Below, in pieces: positions 22,031 to 33,067 of a stretch of DNA of 64,000 bases (positions are counted from its first letter, which is position 1; the number at the start of each line of letters is the position of its first letter). The DNA is taken from assembly GCA_963786795.1 (NCBI GenBank), contig CAWBAQ010000016.1, positions 70,230-134,229 on the forward strand, given 5' to 3'. The notes beneath the pieces were generated by a model, which saw only the letters and a list, made by a program, of their open reading frames with translations, made no database searches and had not been told where the DNA came from. Position numbers and translations under genes: made by a program. The DNA is from an uncultured Actinomycetota bacterium (GTDB lineage: Bacteria; Actinomycetota; Actinomycetes; Propionibacteriales; Nocardioidaceae).

Positions 22031-23205
22031 ATGAGCGAGGTCTTCGGATCGATCATTCCCGGCGGCACCGGTGGCGGCGGCTGGCGCGACCGTCCGCCGT
22101 TCCGCGCGGACCACGTCGGCAGCCTGCTGCGCCCCCAGCACCTGCTCGACGCCCGCGCCCAGCACGCCGCAGGTGAGATCGACGCGGCCGAGCTGCGCGA
22201 GCGGGAGGACCAGGCCGTCGCGGAGGTGGTCGGGCTGCAGCGCGACGCGGGTCTCCAGACCGCGACGGACGGCGAGATGCGGCGTACGTCGTGGCACATG
22301 GACTTCATCTACCAGCTCAGGGTGTCGACCGGACCGACGAGAAGATGCAGGTGCACTTCCACAACGCGGACGGCGACCTGGACTTCGAGTCCCCCGCCCT
22401 GAAGGTGCACGACCGGGTCCGCATCGGCGACACCATCTTCGGCGACGCGTTCGCCTTCCTCGCCGAGACCGTCCGGCAGACCGCCGAGGGGCTCACCCCG
22501 AAGCTGACGATCCCGTCGCCGAGCATGGTGCACTACCGCGGTGGCCGCGCCGCGATCGACGAGGACGTGTACCCCGACCTCGACGAGTTCTGGACCGACC
22601 TGTCCTCGGCGTACGCCGACGAGCTGCGCCGGATCGCGGAGCTCGGCTGCACCTACCTCCAGCTCGACGACACCAGCCTCGCCTACCTCAACGACCCGAA
22701 GCAGCGGGAGATGGTGGCTGCGCAGGGGGCGGACGCGGAGCACCAGCACGAGCAGTACATCCGCACCATCAACGCCGCCATCGCCGACCGGCCCGCGTCG
22801 CTCCGGGTCACCACGCACATGTGCCGCGGGAACTACCGGTCCTCGTGGGCGGCGGAGGGCGGCTACGACTTCGTGGCCGAGGCGCTGTTCTCCGAGCTCG
22901 CCGTGGACGGGTTCTTCCTGGAGTACGACGACGAGCGTTCGGGTGGCTTCGAGCCGCTCCGCTTCGTGCCCGAGGGCAAGCAGGTCGTGCTCGGCCTGGT
23001 CACCACCAAGAGCGGGCGGCTCGAGGACAAGGACGACCTCAAGCGGCGCATCGACGAGGCGTCGAGGTACGTCCCCCTGGACCAGCTCTGCCTCTCGCCC
23101 CAGTGCGGCTTCTCCTCCACCGTCGAGGGCAACGCCCTGACCCTCGACGAGGAGCTCGCCAAGCTCCGCCTGGTCGTCGAGACCGCCGCCGAGGTCTGGT
23201 CCTAG
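22031..23205 (+). CDS. Cobalamin-independent methionine synthase, catalytic-domain-only (YxjH/Mes-like) (frameshifted)
   Basis: PPFRADHVGSLLRP, TDGEMRR.SWHMDF, YLQLDD, THMCRGN, FLEYDDERSG, LSPQCGFSS zinc ligands. Confidence 0.88.
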
Positions 23206-23209
23206 CTCT

Positions 23210-23410
23210 CCCCCTCCGCCGACCCGTCACCAATGCAGTGGTTTCCGCGGCGTGTCGAAGCAGAACTGACGGGTCGCGGGCAGCCGGAACAGCGGTGCGG
23301 CCGCCGGCTGCGCGGGGCGTCAAGGCCCCGGACCCGGCCGGCTGACCCGTCACCTCCGCGGCGACACACCGCAGAAAAGGCTGCATTGGTGACGGGTCGG
23401 CGACAGGGGG
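23210..23410. repeat. Composite nested inverted repeat (REP-doublet/MITE-like)
   Basis: 22-bp perfect terminal IR CGCCGACCCGTCACCAATGCAG (23217-23238 and 23381-23402). The ~65-bp arms are each internally palindromic (GACCCGTCA...TGACGGGTC). Confidence 0.8.
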
Positions 23411-23411
23411 G

Positions 23412-24593
23412 TTAGGGGCCGAGGGTGACGAAGAAGTCGGGTGGGGCGACGACGTCGTCGCGGGACAGGTCGTGGACCGAGGAGTGGTTGAGCCCCAGCA
23501 GGGCCGAGTCGATCCCGCCGCGCAGGATGTCGAGCACGTTCTCCACGCCGGCCTGGCCCTCGGCCGCGAGCCCCCAGAGGTACGCGCGGCCGATCATCAC
23601 CGCCCGGGCCCCGAGGGCGACCGCCTTGACGACGTCGCTGCCGCGCCGGATGCCGCCGTCGAGGAGCACCTCGACCTGGCCGCCGACGGCGTCCACCACC
23701 GCCGGCAGGGCCCGGATCGGTGCCGGCGTGCCGTCGAGGTTGTTGCCGCCGTGGTTGGACACCGAGATCGCCGTGACGCCGGCGTCGACCGCCTTGCGGG
23801 CGTCGTCGACCCGGCACGACGCCCTTGAGCATGAACGGCCCGCCCCACTCCTCGCGCAGCCAGGCGACGTCCTCCCACGACGGCGGGTCGGTCTGCATCC
23901 ACGCGCCGTACGCACCGAAGAAGCGTGGGCGCCGGCGGTGCTCGCCCTCGGCGAGGTTCGGGGCGGTCAGGTCCGGGATGCCGCCGTGTCCGGGCGAAGT
24001 CCAGGAGCCACCGGGGGCGGCGGATGCCCTCGGGGGCGAGCTTCACCATCGTCTTGAGGTCCATCTTCTCGGGGATGCGACGGGCTGCCCCAGTCGCGGC
24101 CGTGCGAGAACGACCAGTCCAGGGTGGCGATCAGGCCGACGCAGCCGGCGGACCGGGCGCGCTCCATCCGGGCCCGCATGTCGTCGCGCGAGCCCATCCA
24201 GTACATCTGGAAGAAGGTCTGCGGGTTGGCCGCGACGACGTCCTCGACGGGCTTGCTGGCGAACGACGACAGGCCCATCGCCGTACCCCGCGCCGCCGCC
24301 GCCCGCGCGACGGCCACCTCCCCGTCGGGGTGCACCGCCTGGACACCGGTCGGCGAGATGACCACCGGCATCGAGATGTCCTGGCCCATCACGGTGGTGG
24401 CCTGGTCGCGCTTGGCCGAGGCACCGGCGACGTGCGGCGCGAACCCGAGCTCGGCGGAACGCTCGGTGTTGTCGGCGTACGACGTCCCGGCCTCCGAGCC
24501 GGCGAGCAGCGCGCCGTACACCGAGGGCGGCAGCCGCTTCTTGGCGCGGCGCTGGGCCTCGGCGACGGACTCGAACCAGGTGCTCTTGCTCAT
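23412..24593 (-). CDS. mftD: Pre-mycofactocin synthase, FMN alpha-hydroxyacid oxidase family (frameshifted)
   Basis: [76 protein letters not shown]. Confidence 0.92.
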
Positions 24594-26029
24594 GAGGTGC
24601 CTCTCCTGAAGGGGAATCCACGGAACGCCGGGACGAGGGCGCGGGCGCTGCGGGCCCGGGCGGCGCCGACCCAAGCCCGGTGCCGTAGGCGAGGTCGTCG
24701 AGCCGTCGGGCGGCGCCGAACCGGACCAGGTCGAGGTCCGGCCGCACCCGCCGGTGGTCGAGCACGGCGTCGGCGACAGCCGCGACGACGAGGGCGCGCC
24801 GGGCCCGCCGCGACCGGGTCGCGGCCAGCAGGGCGAGCGGCCAGTAGTGCCGCGTCAGCGCCGACGCCGCCTGCTGCAGCGACGACACGGCCCCGAGCGC
24901 GGTCAGGGACGCCGCGGTCCGCACGCGCTGCTCGCCGGAGGCGAGCTTGCGGGCACACGGCGGCCGTCACCGCGGCGCACACAGCGCCGGCGCCGGGAGC
25001 GACCAGCGGCGCTGCGCGAGCACCGACACGGCCAGCGCCGCGGTCCACGGGTTCAGCACCAGCGGCGCGACGTCCGAGCCGTGCCGGTCGGCGAGCAGCG
25101 CGGCACCGGTGCCGTAGTACGCCTTGCGCCGCAGCCAGGGCCCGAGGGTGGTCCGGTGGTCGTGGCGTACGACGGACGCCGGCTCGTAGCGCACCCGCCA
25201 GCCGGCGGCGAGCACCCGCCAGACCAGGTCGACGTCCTCGGCCACCGGCATGTCCTCGTCGAACCGTCGGTCCGCACCGACGCCGCAGGGCGGACCGGCG
25301 GACGAGCAGCGCGGCGCTCGGGCAGGTAGGCCACCCTGCCCAGCGGCTGCACCGGCCCCGGGCTCGGCCCGAGGTCGAGGGAGGAGCGGGCCGCCTCGTA
25401 GCGGCACAGCCAGCCGTCGTCCGGGCGCGGCACGCTCCCGAGCACCCGCGGTCCGACGATCCCGACAGCGGGGTCGTCGAGGTGCCGGCGGCAGCAGCCC
25501 GAGCCACCCCGGCTCGGGCACGCACGTCGGAGTCGAGGAAGGCCACGAGGTCGGTGCGCACGCGAGCCAGGCCGGTGTTGCGGGCGGCGGCGGGACCGCG
25601 GCTGACCTGGTGCCGGAGCACCTGGCGCGCCGAACTCGTCCAGCGACCGCGCGGGTGGTCCTGGGGTCGGCGGAGCCGTCGTCGACCACCACGACCGGCA
25701 GGCCCGGCGGCAGGGCGGCGAGCAGCCGCGCGAGCTGGCGGGGCCGGTCCTTGACGGGCACCACGACGGTCACGTCGGTGACCCCGTCGTCGGGCACCGT
25801 CGGAGCGGAAGACCGGGTCGGCCAGCCCGCGGTCGAGCAGCAGCCGCGCCACGGTCGAGGAGTCGGCGTCCTCGGCGGTCAGCGTGCCGTCGCGGAGCAT
25901 CGCCCGGGCCTTCGGTCGCAGCCGGAGCACCGCGCCCGACCCGCCGACCAGGGTGCGGCCGCCGTCGCGGGCGTAGGTCCCGGAACCGAGACGCACCTGG
26001 AAGCCGGTGGGCAGCTGCGGGCTGGTCAT
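24590..26029 (-). CDS. mftF: Mycofactocin glycosyltransferase (frameshifted)
   Basis: LPTGFQVRL..., LVGGS, LLDRGLADP, VVVDDGS, GPAAARNTG, FLDSD, RYEAARSSLDLG, AEDVDLVWR, RHYWP, RLDDLAYGTG. Confidence 0.88.
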   Translation of the reverse strand: MTSPQLPTGFQVRLGSGTYARDGGRTLVGGSGAVLRLRPKARAMLRDGTLTAEDADSSTVARLLLDRGLADPVFRSDGARRRGHRRDRRGARQGPAPPARAAARRPAAGPAGRGGRRRLRRPQDHPRGRWTSSARQVLRHQVSRGPAAARNTGLARVRTDLVAFLDSDVRARAGVARAAAAGTSTTPLSGSSDRGCSGACRARTTAGCAATRRPAPPSTSGRARGRCSRWAGWPTCPSAALLVRRSALRRRCGPTVRRGHAGGRGRRPGLAGARRRLAGALRAGVRRTPRPPDHPRALAAAQGVLRHRCRAARRPARLGRRAAGAEPVDRGAGRVGARAAPLVAPGAGAVCAAVTAAVCPQARLRRAARADRGVPDRARGRVVAAAGGVGADAALLAARPAGRDPVAAGPARPRRRGCRRRRARPPAGAAGPRPGPVRRRPTARRPRLRHRAWVGAARARSARALVPAFRGFPFRRGTS

Positions 26030-26805
26030 CCGCCGAAGCCTCCGTCCGCGTGCAGCACGGAGCCGTGCACGACGGTGCCGGCCGTGGCCGCGAACTCGAC
26101 GACGGCGGCGACCTCGTCGGCGGTCAGCGCGCGGCCGGCGGCCTGGGACGGCGGACGAGGTCGGCCGTGTCGACGCCGTAGATCTCCGCGGTCGCCCGCA
26201 GCATCGCGGTGTCGGTCGACCCGGGCGACACCGCACAGGCGGTGACGCCGGTGCCGACGAGGTCGGCGGCCAGGCCGCGGACGATGCCGACGACCGCGTG
26301 CTTGGCCATGCAGTAGGCCGCCAGGTGGAAGAGCCCGCGCTCCCCGCGGCCGAGGCGATCGCCACGAACGAGGGCGTGCTCGTCGAGCGCAGCAGGTGCG
26401 GCACGGTCGCGTGCGCGGTGTTCCACACGCCCACGGCGTCGGTCTCCCAGAGCAGCCGCAGGTCCGCCTCGTCGGTCTCCCAGAGCGGCGCGCCACCGCC
26501 ATCACGGCCGCGCCGGCCACCACGACGTCGAGCGAGCCGTGCGTCTCCACGGCCGCGGCGGCCGCGCGGTGCAGGGCGTCGAGGTCACGCACGTCGGCGA
26601 CGACGGGCACCACCCTCGACGGGTCCAGGTCGACGACCGCGTCCAGGTCCGCCTTCGACGCGAGCGCGTACGACGTACCTCCGGACTCCGCCGCGCAGGA
26701 GTCCAGCGCGTGCACGACGAAGCCACGGTCGAGCAGTCGGCGCACGACGGCCGCGCCGATGCCGCGGGCGGCGCCCGTGACCAGCGCGACGGGTGGACCG
26801 GTCAC
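26026..26805 (-). CDS. Mycofactocin-coupled SDR oxidoreductase (frameshifted)
   Basis: ALVTGAARGIG, D.C...Y.LAS..DL insertion typical of mft SDRs, YCMAKHAVVG, VSPGSTDT.ML.ATA.IYG. Confidence 0.85.
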   Translation of the reverse strand: MTGPPVALVTGAARGIGAAVVRRLLDRGFVVHALDSCAAESGGTSYALASKADLDAVVDLDPSRVVPVVADVRDLDALHRAAAAAVETHGSLDVVVAGAAVMAVARRSGRPTRRTCGCSGRPTPWACGTPRTRPCRTCCARRARPRSWRSPRPRGARALPPGGLLHGQARGRRHRPRPGRRPRRHRRHRLCGVARVDRHRDAAGDRGDLRRRHGRPRPPSQAAGRALTADEVAAVVEFAATAGTVVHGSVLHADGGFGG

Positions 26806-26812
26806 GACGTCC

Positions 26813-27580
26813 TCACTGGGCGCCCAGGGGCTGGCGGGCGCCGCCGAGCCGGCCGTTCGCCGTCACGTCGAGGGCGGTGAGCTCGGCCACCAGGTTGCGG
26901 ACCAGCCGGTCGAACAGCTCCCGGCCCCGCTCGACGCTGCTGGTGGTGGGGTCGCCGAGGACGCCGTTCGGCGGAGACCCCGCGCACGCCCGTCGTCGCG
27001 CAGCCGGGGCATCAGCTCGGACGACCGGCTCGGTGGCGCCGGCCGCCATCAGGTCGACGCGGACCGACCAGGGTGCCAGGAAGCGCAGCAGCGACGTCTC
27101 CGTCTCCCCCGCGTGCGCGTCGGCGTCCGGCAGCGCCGTGGACGTCCACGCCACCGCCCGGCCCTCGTAGCGCAGCAGCTCGACGGCCTTGGTCAGCGTC
27201 GCGGCGTTGCCGCCGTGCCCGTTGACGAAGACGACCCCGCTGGCCCACTGGCACGCGGACCGGCCGAACTCCGCGAGCAGCAGGAGCAGCGCCTCGTGCC
27301 CGATCGAGACGGTCCCCGGGAAGCCCTCGTGCTCGCCGCTCGCGCCGTAGTTCACCGACGGCGCGACGAGCACCCGGGCGCCCGTCGAGACGAGCCGCTC
27401 GGCCGCTGCACGGGTGACCGCGTTGGCGATCATCGTGTCGGTGGCGAGCGGCAGGTGCGGGCCGTGCTGCTCGACCGACCCGACGGGCACCAGGAGCAGC
27501 ACCTCGCCCGGGTCGACCTTGGGCCAGCGCTGCTGCCCGAGGCCCAACGACGCCGCCGTCGGCACGACCGTCCCGCCCAC
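26813..27580 (-). CDS. mftE: Mycofactocin peptidase, creatininase family (frameshifted)
   Basis: PVGSVEQHGPHLPLATD, YGASGEHEGFPGTVS, VNGHGGN, DAHAGETETS, NGVLGDPT. Confidence 0.9.
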   Translation of the reverse strand: MGGTVVPTAASLGLGQQRWPKVDPGEVLLLVPVGSVEQHGPHLPLATDTMIANAVTRAAAERLVSTGARVLVAPSVNYGASGEHEGFPGTVSIGHEALLLLLAEFGRSACQWASGVVFVNGHGGNAATLTKAVELLRYEGRAVAWTSTALPDADAHAGETETSLLRFLAPWSVRVDLMAAGATEPVVRADAPAARRRACAGSPPNGVLGDPTTSSVERGRELFDRLVRNLVAELTALDVTANGRLGGARQPLGAQ

Positions 27581-27591
27581 GATCGACGACC

Positions 27592-28819
27592 TCAGCTTCC
27601 GGGAGCCAGGCCCGCGAGCGGGTTCTCGTCGCAGGCCTTGTCGGGCGGCCGTCGGGTCAGCAGCGTCAACGGCACGGGTGCGTTGCGGACCGTCCCGGTG
27701 TGCGAGTGGTCGCCGGAGGCCACCGGCCGGACCGCGCCCGGCACGCCGGCGTTGCCCTTGACGCACTCCGGGTCCGGGCCGTCGAGCGGGAGGCCGGTGA
27801 AGAACTTCGCGGCCATGCAGCCGCCGCGGCACGAGTCGTAGGCCGAGCACATCGTGCAGGCACCACCGGTCTGCGGCGAGCGGAGCTCCGAGAAGAGGTC
27901 GGAGTGCTTCCACACCTCGTCGAACCCACCCGGACTGCGGACGTTGCCGGCCAGGAACTGCTCGTGGATCGCGAACGGGCACGCGTAGACATCCCCGACG
28001 GGGTCCACCAGGCAGACCACGCGTCCCGCTCCACACAGGTTCAGGCCGGGCAACGCGTCGCCGTACGCCGAGAGGTGGAAGAACGAGTCGCCGGTCAGCA
28101 CCGAGTCGCCGTGCGCCACCAGCCAGTCGTAGAGCTCGCGCTGCTGCTCCGGGAGCGGGTGCAGCTCCTCCCACACGTCGGCGCCGCGACCGGAGGGACG
28201 CAGCCGGGTGAGCCGCAGCTGCGCGCCGTAGCGGTCGGCGATCGCCTTGAACTCGTCGAGCTGGCCGATGTTGTGGCGGGTGCACACCACCGACATCTTG
28301 AAGTCCTTCATGCCGGCGGCCTGGAGGTTGCCCATCGCGCGCATCGCGGCGTCGTAGGTGCCGGCGCCCCGCACGTGGTCGTTGACCTCCGCGGTCGCGC
28401 CGTCCAGGGAGATCTGCACGTCGACGTAGTCGGTCGCGGCGAGCTTGGCGGCCCGCTCCGGGGTGATCCGGAAGCCGTTGGTCGAGAACTTCACGCCGAC
28501 GTGGTGGTCCACCGCGTAGTCCAGCAGCTCCCAGAAGTCGGGGCGCACGGTCGGCTCCCCGCCGCCGATGTTCACGTAGAAGATCTGCATCCGCTCGAAC
28601 TCGTCGACGAGCGCCTTGCACTCCTCGGTCGACAGCTCGCGGGGGTCGCGGCGGCCGGACGAGCTCAGGCAGTGCACGCAGCTCAGGTTGCAGGCGTAGG
28701 TCAGCTCCCAGGTCAGGCAGATCGGCGCGTCCAGGCCCTTCTCGAAGTGGTCGACCAGCCGGCCCGGCGCGGGCGGCGGCGCAGCGGGGCGTTCTGGTCG
28801 GTGGGCGAGCGATCGTCAT
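27592..28819 (-). CDS. mftC: Mycofactocin radical SAM maturase (frameshift near the 5' end)
   Basis: GLDAPICLTWELTYACNLSCVHCLSSSG, FYVNIGGGEP, SPASM CGAGRVVCLVDPVGDVYACPF...CRGGCMAAKFFTGLPLDGPDPECV. Confidence 0.96.
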
Positions 28820-29113
28820 GCGAGGTCCCTCCTGGTGATCATGCCGCCGCGGGCGAGGCCCTCGAGCGCTCCGACGTACGCCGGCCAGTGCGGCTCGGGC
28901 ACCCCCGAGGCGACCAAGGCGTCGCGGACCGTCCCGGAGGCCAGGTTCCGTACGACGTCCACGAGCTCGGGGGTCTTGAGGAAGCTGAGCCGCCGGGTGC
29001 CGAAGTGGTAGGCCAGGGCGCCGAACGGCTCGGGACGCAGCGCGACCGAGTCGTGCAGCCGCCAGGCCTCGTCCAACATCGTCGACCGGCCGGCCGACGT
29101 GGTCGGTGGGCAT
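28816..29113 (-). CDS. mftB: Mycofactocin RRE chaperone (frameshift near the 5' end)
   Basis: WRLHDSVALRPEPFGALAYHFGTRRLSFLK signature. ATG overlaps the mftA stop. Confidence 0.93.
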
Positions 29114-29236
29114 CAGTAGACGCCACACATCCCGTCGATGGACACCTCTTCGACCAGAGCGGTCTCCGCGAGGTCAGAAGGGGCGAGGTCGGACTCGTCG
29201 GTGGGGGTCTCGGTCTGGGGCCTGGGGGTCGGTCAT
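29113..29236 (-). CDS. mftA: Mycofactocin precursor peptide (one extra base in the leader)
   Basis: Manual translation ends ...LAETALVEEVSIDGMCGVY*, the invariant MftA C-terminus. Absent from the ORF track. Confidence 0.95.
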
Positions 29237-29459
29237 GGGACTCCGCCTTCTCGTGCGCTCTGGATGGGTGGAGCCGGTGACCTCACGCTAGGTGCGCCAC
29301 CCTCCGACGTACACCCCTCGGCAGGGCCCGGAGTACCTCTCCGTGCGGAGAGGCCCGACTCCGCGGACCGTGGGTTGGTAAAAAAGCCACGAGTCGGACA
29401 AGCCGGGCGTACCGTCGAAGGACCGCCTCCCGCCCGTGGAGCCCGACCCCGGAGGGGCC

Positions 29460-29618
29460 ATGACCGTCGTCCTGCTGCTGTCCCTCACCGCCGTCCTGTG
29501 CGCCCTGGCGCTCTGGGGAGCCCTGCGGCACCGGGCCACGCTGGCGTGGAGCCGCGAGCTCGAGACCGCGTTCCACACGGACGAGCGGCGCGACCTGCCG
29601 CGCCACCGGCTCGGCTGA
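29460..29618 (+). CDS. Small membrane protein (52 aa)
   Basis: GGAGG RBS and a single hydrophobic N-terminal helix MTVVLLLSLTAVLCALALWGAL. Divergent from mftA. Confidence 0.55.
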   Translation: MTVVLLLSLTAVLCALALWGALRHRATLAWSRELETAFHTDERRDLPRHRLG

Positions 29619-29621
29619 CCC

Positions 29622-30922
29622 TCAGGCGACGTAGGGGATCGTCTGCGGACCCTCCGGCAGCACGCACACCCGCGCGTCCCGGCCGGCCCGGCCCAGGGCC
29701 TCGTGCACGGTCGCCGCGACGTCGTCGGTGTGGCCGAGGTGCGCCGAGGCGAGGTCGGCGGCGGAGAGGTACGACGAGCGCACGACCACGTCCGCGTGGA
29801 CCTGCACCTTCGCCTGCACCTGGACCTGCCACTGGTCCGGGACGGTGCGCTCCCGCGCCGCGATCGACGCGAGCAGCGCCTGCGGCGACGGCTCGGAGGC
29901 GAGCACCTCGCGGTAGGACCCGTGGTCGGGGAACCCGTCGCGGCACTCGGCGGCGCAGACGATCGTGCCGCCCTGCCGGACCACGGTCATCGCCGGCCGA
30001 CATGCCCTTCACGGCCTGGTAGAGGTTCTGGTCGAGCGGGTAGCCCGCGTTGGTGGTGACCACCACGTCGAACAGCGCGGGCACGGGCTGCATCGCCAGC
30101 CGCTGCGACGAGGCCCGGGCCGCGGCGTGCATGGCGGGGATCGGGCCGCCGAACGCCTCGACGATCCGCTGCTCGCGGTTGAGCACCACGTCGAGCCCGA
30201 AGTCGACCCGGCCGACGGCCTCGACCACCGCCCGGATGTCGTCGTGCACCGGGTTGCCCTCGCACACCGCCCACGTGGCCTGCGGGTCCCCGATCCGCTT
30301 CGCGTCGTGCAGCGTGAGCACCGTCTCCAGCCCCGCGAGACCGGGGGCGACGAGCTTGGGGCCGCCGCTGAACCCGGCGAAGAAGTGCGGCTCGACGAAC
30401 CCGGTCGTGATCCGCACGTCGGCCTCGACCCAGTGCCGGTTGAGGAACACGGGTACGTCGCGACCGTGCCGGCCGAGCCACACCAGGGACGCGTCGTCGC
30501 GGGCGTCGTGGTTGACCACCCGGACCGCGTCGGCGACCTCGTCGCCGAGCATCGCCCGGATCTCCGCCTCGGTGTTCCCGCGGTGCGTGCCGGTCGCGAC
30601 GAGCACCACGACGTCGTCGAGCGCGCACGATGCCCTCGAGCTCGTCGAGCACCGCCGGGATCATCAGGTGCCGGGGCTGGGGGCGGGTGCCGTCGCACAT
30701 CGAGATCGCCACGGTCTGCCCCGGCCGCACGAGCTCCCGCAGCGGCGGCCCCTCCACGGGGTGCCGCAGCGCGTCGCGCAGCAGCCCCGCCTGGTCCTCG
30801 GCCGCCGCGACGTACGTCGGCTCCACGACCGTCGTACGCTCCGCCGGCAGCTCCACGTCGAGGCCGTCCTCGCCGTAGGCCAGTCGGACCGTCACCGTGT
30901 CCGGAGCTTCCCGTCCCGTCAT
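29622..30922 (-). CDS. larA: Nickel-dependent lactate racemase family protein (frameshifted)
   Basis: DGTRP, ATGTHR, EPHFFAGFSGGPKLVAPG, LHDA, GYPLDQNLYQAVKG, AECRDG, DQWQVQ and LPEGPQTIP LarA motifs. Confidence 0.9.
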
Positions 30923-30941
30923 GGCTCCACCTTCCAGGTCA

Positions 30942-31623
30942 TCAGATGACGCCGAGCTTGCTGGCCTCGTAGACCGCCTCCGCCCGGCGGGAGACGCCGA
31001 GCTTGCGCAAGATGTTGCCGACGTGGAACTTCGCGGTGGTCTCGGAGATGTACAGCCGGGCGCCGATGTCGCGGTTGGAGAGGCCCCGGGCCAGCAGGCT
31101 CAGCACCTCGCGCTCGCGGGCGGTCAGCTGCTTGGTCTGCTCGACCGGCGGGGCGTTCAGGCCACGGACCATCGCGGCGGCGCTGCGGGCGTCGAACGCG
31201 CTCTCGCCCCGCGAGACGTCCCGGATGGCCCGGATCAGCGCCGAGGTGTCGACGTCCTTGACGACGTAGCCGCGTGCGCCGGCCCGGATGGCCTGCAGCA
31301 CGAGGTGCTCGTCGAGGAACGTGGTGAGCACCAGGACGCCGACCTCGGGGTACGTCGAGGTCAGCTCCTGGCAGAGCCTCGAGGCCCTCGCTGTCGGAGG
31401 AGGTGGAGAGCTTGAGGTCGAGCAGCACGATCTGCGGGTTCGCGCGGCCGACGACGGCGAGCGCCTCGCTGGCGCTGGACGCCTCGGCGACCACCCGCAG
31501 GTCGTTCTCGCGCTCCAGGATGGAACGCAGGCCCTGTCGGACGATCGCGTGGTCGTCGACCAGCATGATGCCGACGACGTCGCTGCTGCGGGCGCTGTGC
31601 TGGGACGGTGCGAGCGTGGCCAT
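30942..31623 (-). CDS. NarL-type response regulator, MnoR/MadR-like (frameshifted)
   Basis: LVDDHAIVRQGLRSIL...LDLKLS...LTTFLDE...GYVVKDVD...LTAREREVL...SETTAKFHVGNILRKLG. Confidence 0.9.
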
Positions 31624-33067
31624 CAGGCCTCCTCGATCTCGGGGTGTTCGGCCGCTCGGCGGGGACGCCGACCAGCTCGCTGACGAGGGCGGCGGGACGC
31701 GGTGCCAGCGGCAGCGGGACCCGCATCTCGACGCGGACACCGCCGAGCCTGGCCCGGCGGAACGCGAGGCTGCCGCCGAGGTCACCGATCCGGCTGTCCA
31801 TGTTGACCAGCCCTCGGTGCCGGCCGTCGACCATGGTGGCCCTCTCGAGACGCAGCTTGCGGCTCAGGTCCTTGGGGTCACCCTCGCCGTCGTCGGCCAC
31901 CGAGACGGTGATCTGGTCGGGCCGGTAGCGCAGCCGCACGATCGCCCGGCTGGCCTGCGCGTGGGTCGCCACGTTGAACAGCGCCTCCCCCACGGTGCGG
32001 GCGATCTCGTGGTCGGCGTCGTTGGGCAGCCGGACCACGTCACCCTCGACGCGCAGCTGCACCGCGAGGTGCGGCTTGTGCTGGTGGGCGACCTCGTTGA
32101 GCAGCTCGGGCAGCGTGGAGACCGTGTCGCGGCTGCGGATGGTGCAGCGCGTAGATGGCCCGCCGCAGCTGGTCGACGGCGTCCTGCGACAGCTTCTTCG
32201 CGGTGGCCAGGCGGGCCAGGATCGAGGACCCGGGCCGGCCGAGCGCCTCGGCCTCGCCTCGGGCGATCTCGACGGCCATGCCGGCCGACAGGACGTACTG
32301 GGTGACGCTGTCGTGCAGCTCCCGGGCGATCCGGTGCCGCTCCCCGTCGATCAGCTCGCGCTGGTGCGCCAGCAGCAGTCGTTCCTCGACCTGACGGAGC
32401 TCGGCCGTCCGGTCCGCGAGGTTGCGGGCCTGGGCGGTCGCCTCGTCGTACAGGTGCTGCGCCCGACGGTGCAGGGTGAGTCCGGCCTGGTACTGCTCGG
32501 AGGTGTGCAGCGAGACCGCCGCCTGGTTGGCCAGGATGCGCAGCACCGACAGGTCTCCGGGCTCCGGGTCGACCTGCAGACGGTGCTGGGCCACGAGGCT
32601 GCCGACGGTGCGGCCCTCGAGCGTCATCGGCACCCGGATCCAGCCGGAGGGCTCGATCACCGGCCGGGTGTGCCCGGCGCGGATGGACACGGAGCTCGCG
32701 CTTCACCGCCGTGGGGAGGTCGGACTCGTCGACGGTGATCGTCACCGTCGGGGTCGGCGGCCAGGAACCGGGGCCGGGCGCCCTTGAGGTGCCCGTCGGC
32801 GAGCGCCAGGACCGTCCACTCGGCGTTCAGGTGCGCGGCCGCGGCGCGGACCACCTCCTCGAGCAGCCCGCGGGGACCCTCGACGGTGCGGACCAGCGCG
32901 CGGGAGATCGAGTCCATCGCACGGACCGCGTGCTGCATCCGCTCGTCGGAGCGGACGTAGGCGCGGTAGTAGGACGTCTTGCCGGAGCGCACACCGGTCA
33001 GGGTGGCCAGGTCGAGCCGCTGCCGACGCGGGCTCACGCGCGTCCCACCAGGATCGTCAGGAATCAT
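31623..33067 (-). CDS. Soluble GAF-HisKA_3 sensor kinase, MnoS/MadS-like (frameshifted)
   Basis: LTGVRSGKTSYY N-terminus, GAF, ERHRIARELHDSVTQ H-box, EALFNVATHA, VADDGEG. Confidence 0.88.

Noticed and set aside
23210-23410. Repeats as a CRISPR array or IS ends
   Set aside because: They are inverted rather than direct and regularly spaced, and no cas or transposase gene is present.
23412-29236. The RiPP-like radical SAM cluster as a new natural-product pathway
   Set aside because: The precursor ends in IDGMCGVY and all genes match the known mycofactocin pathway.
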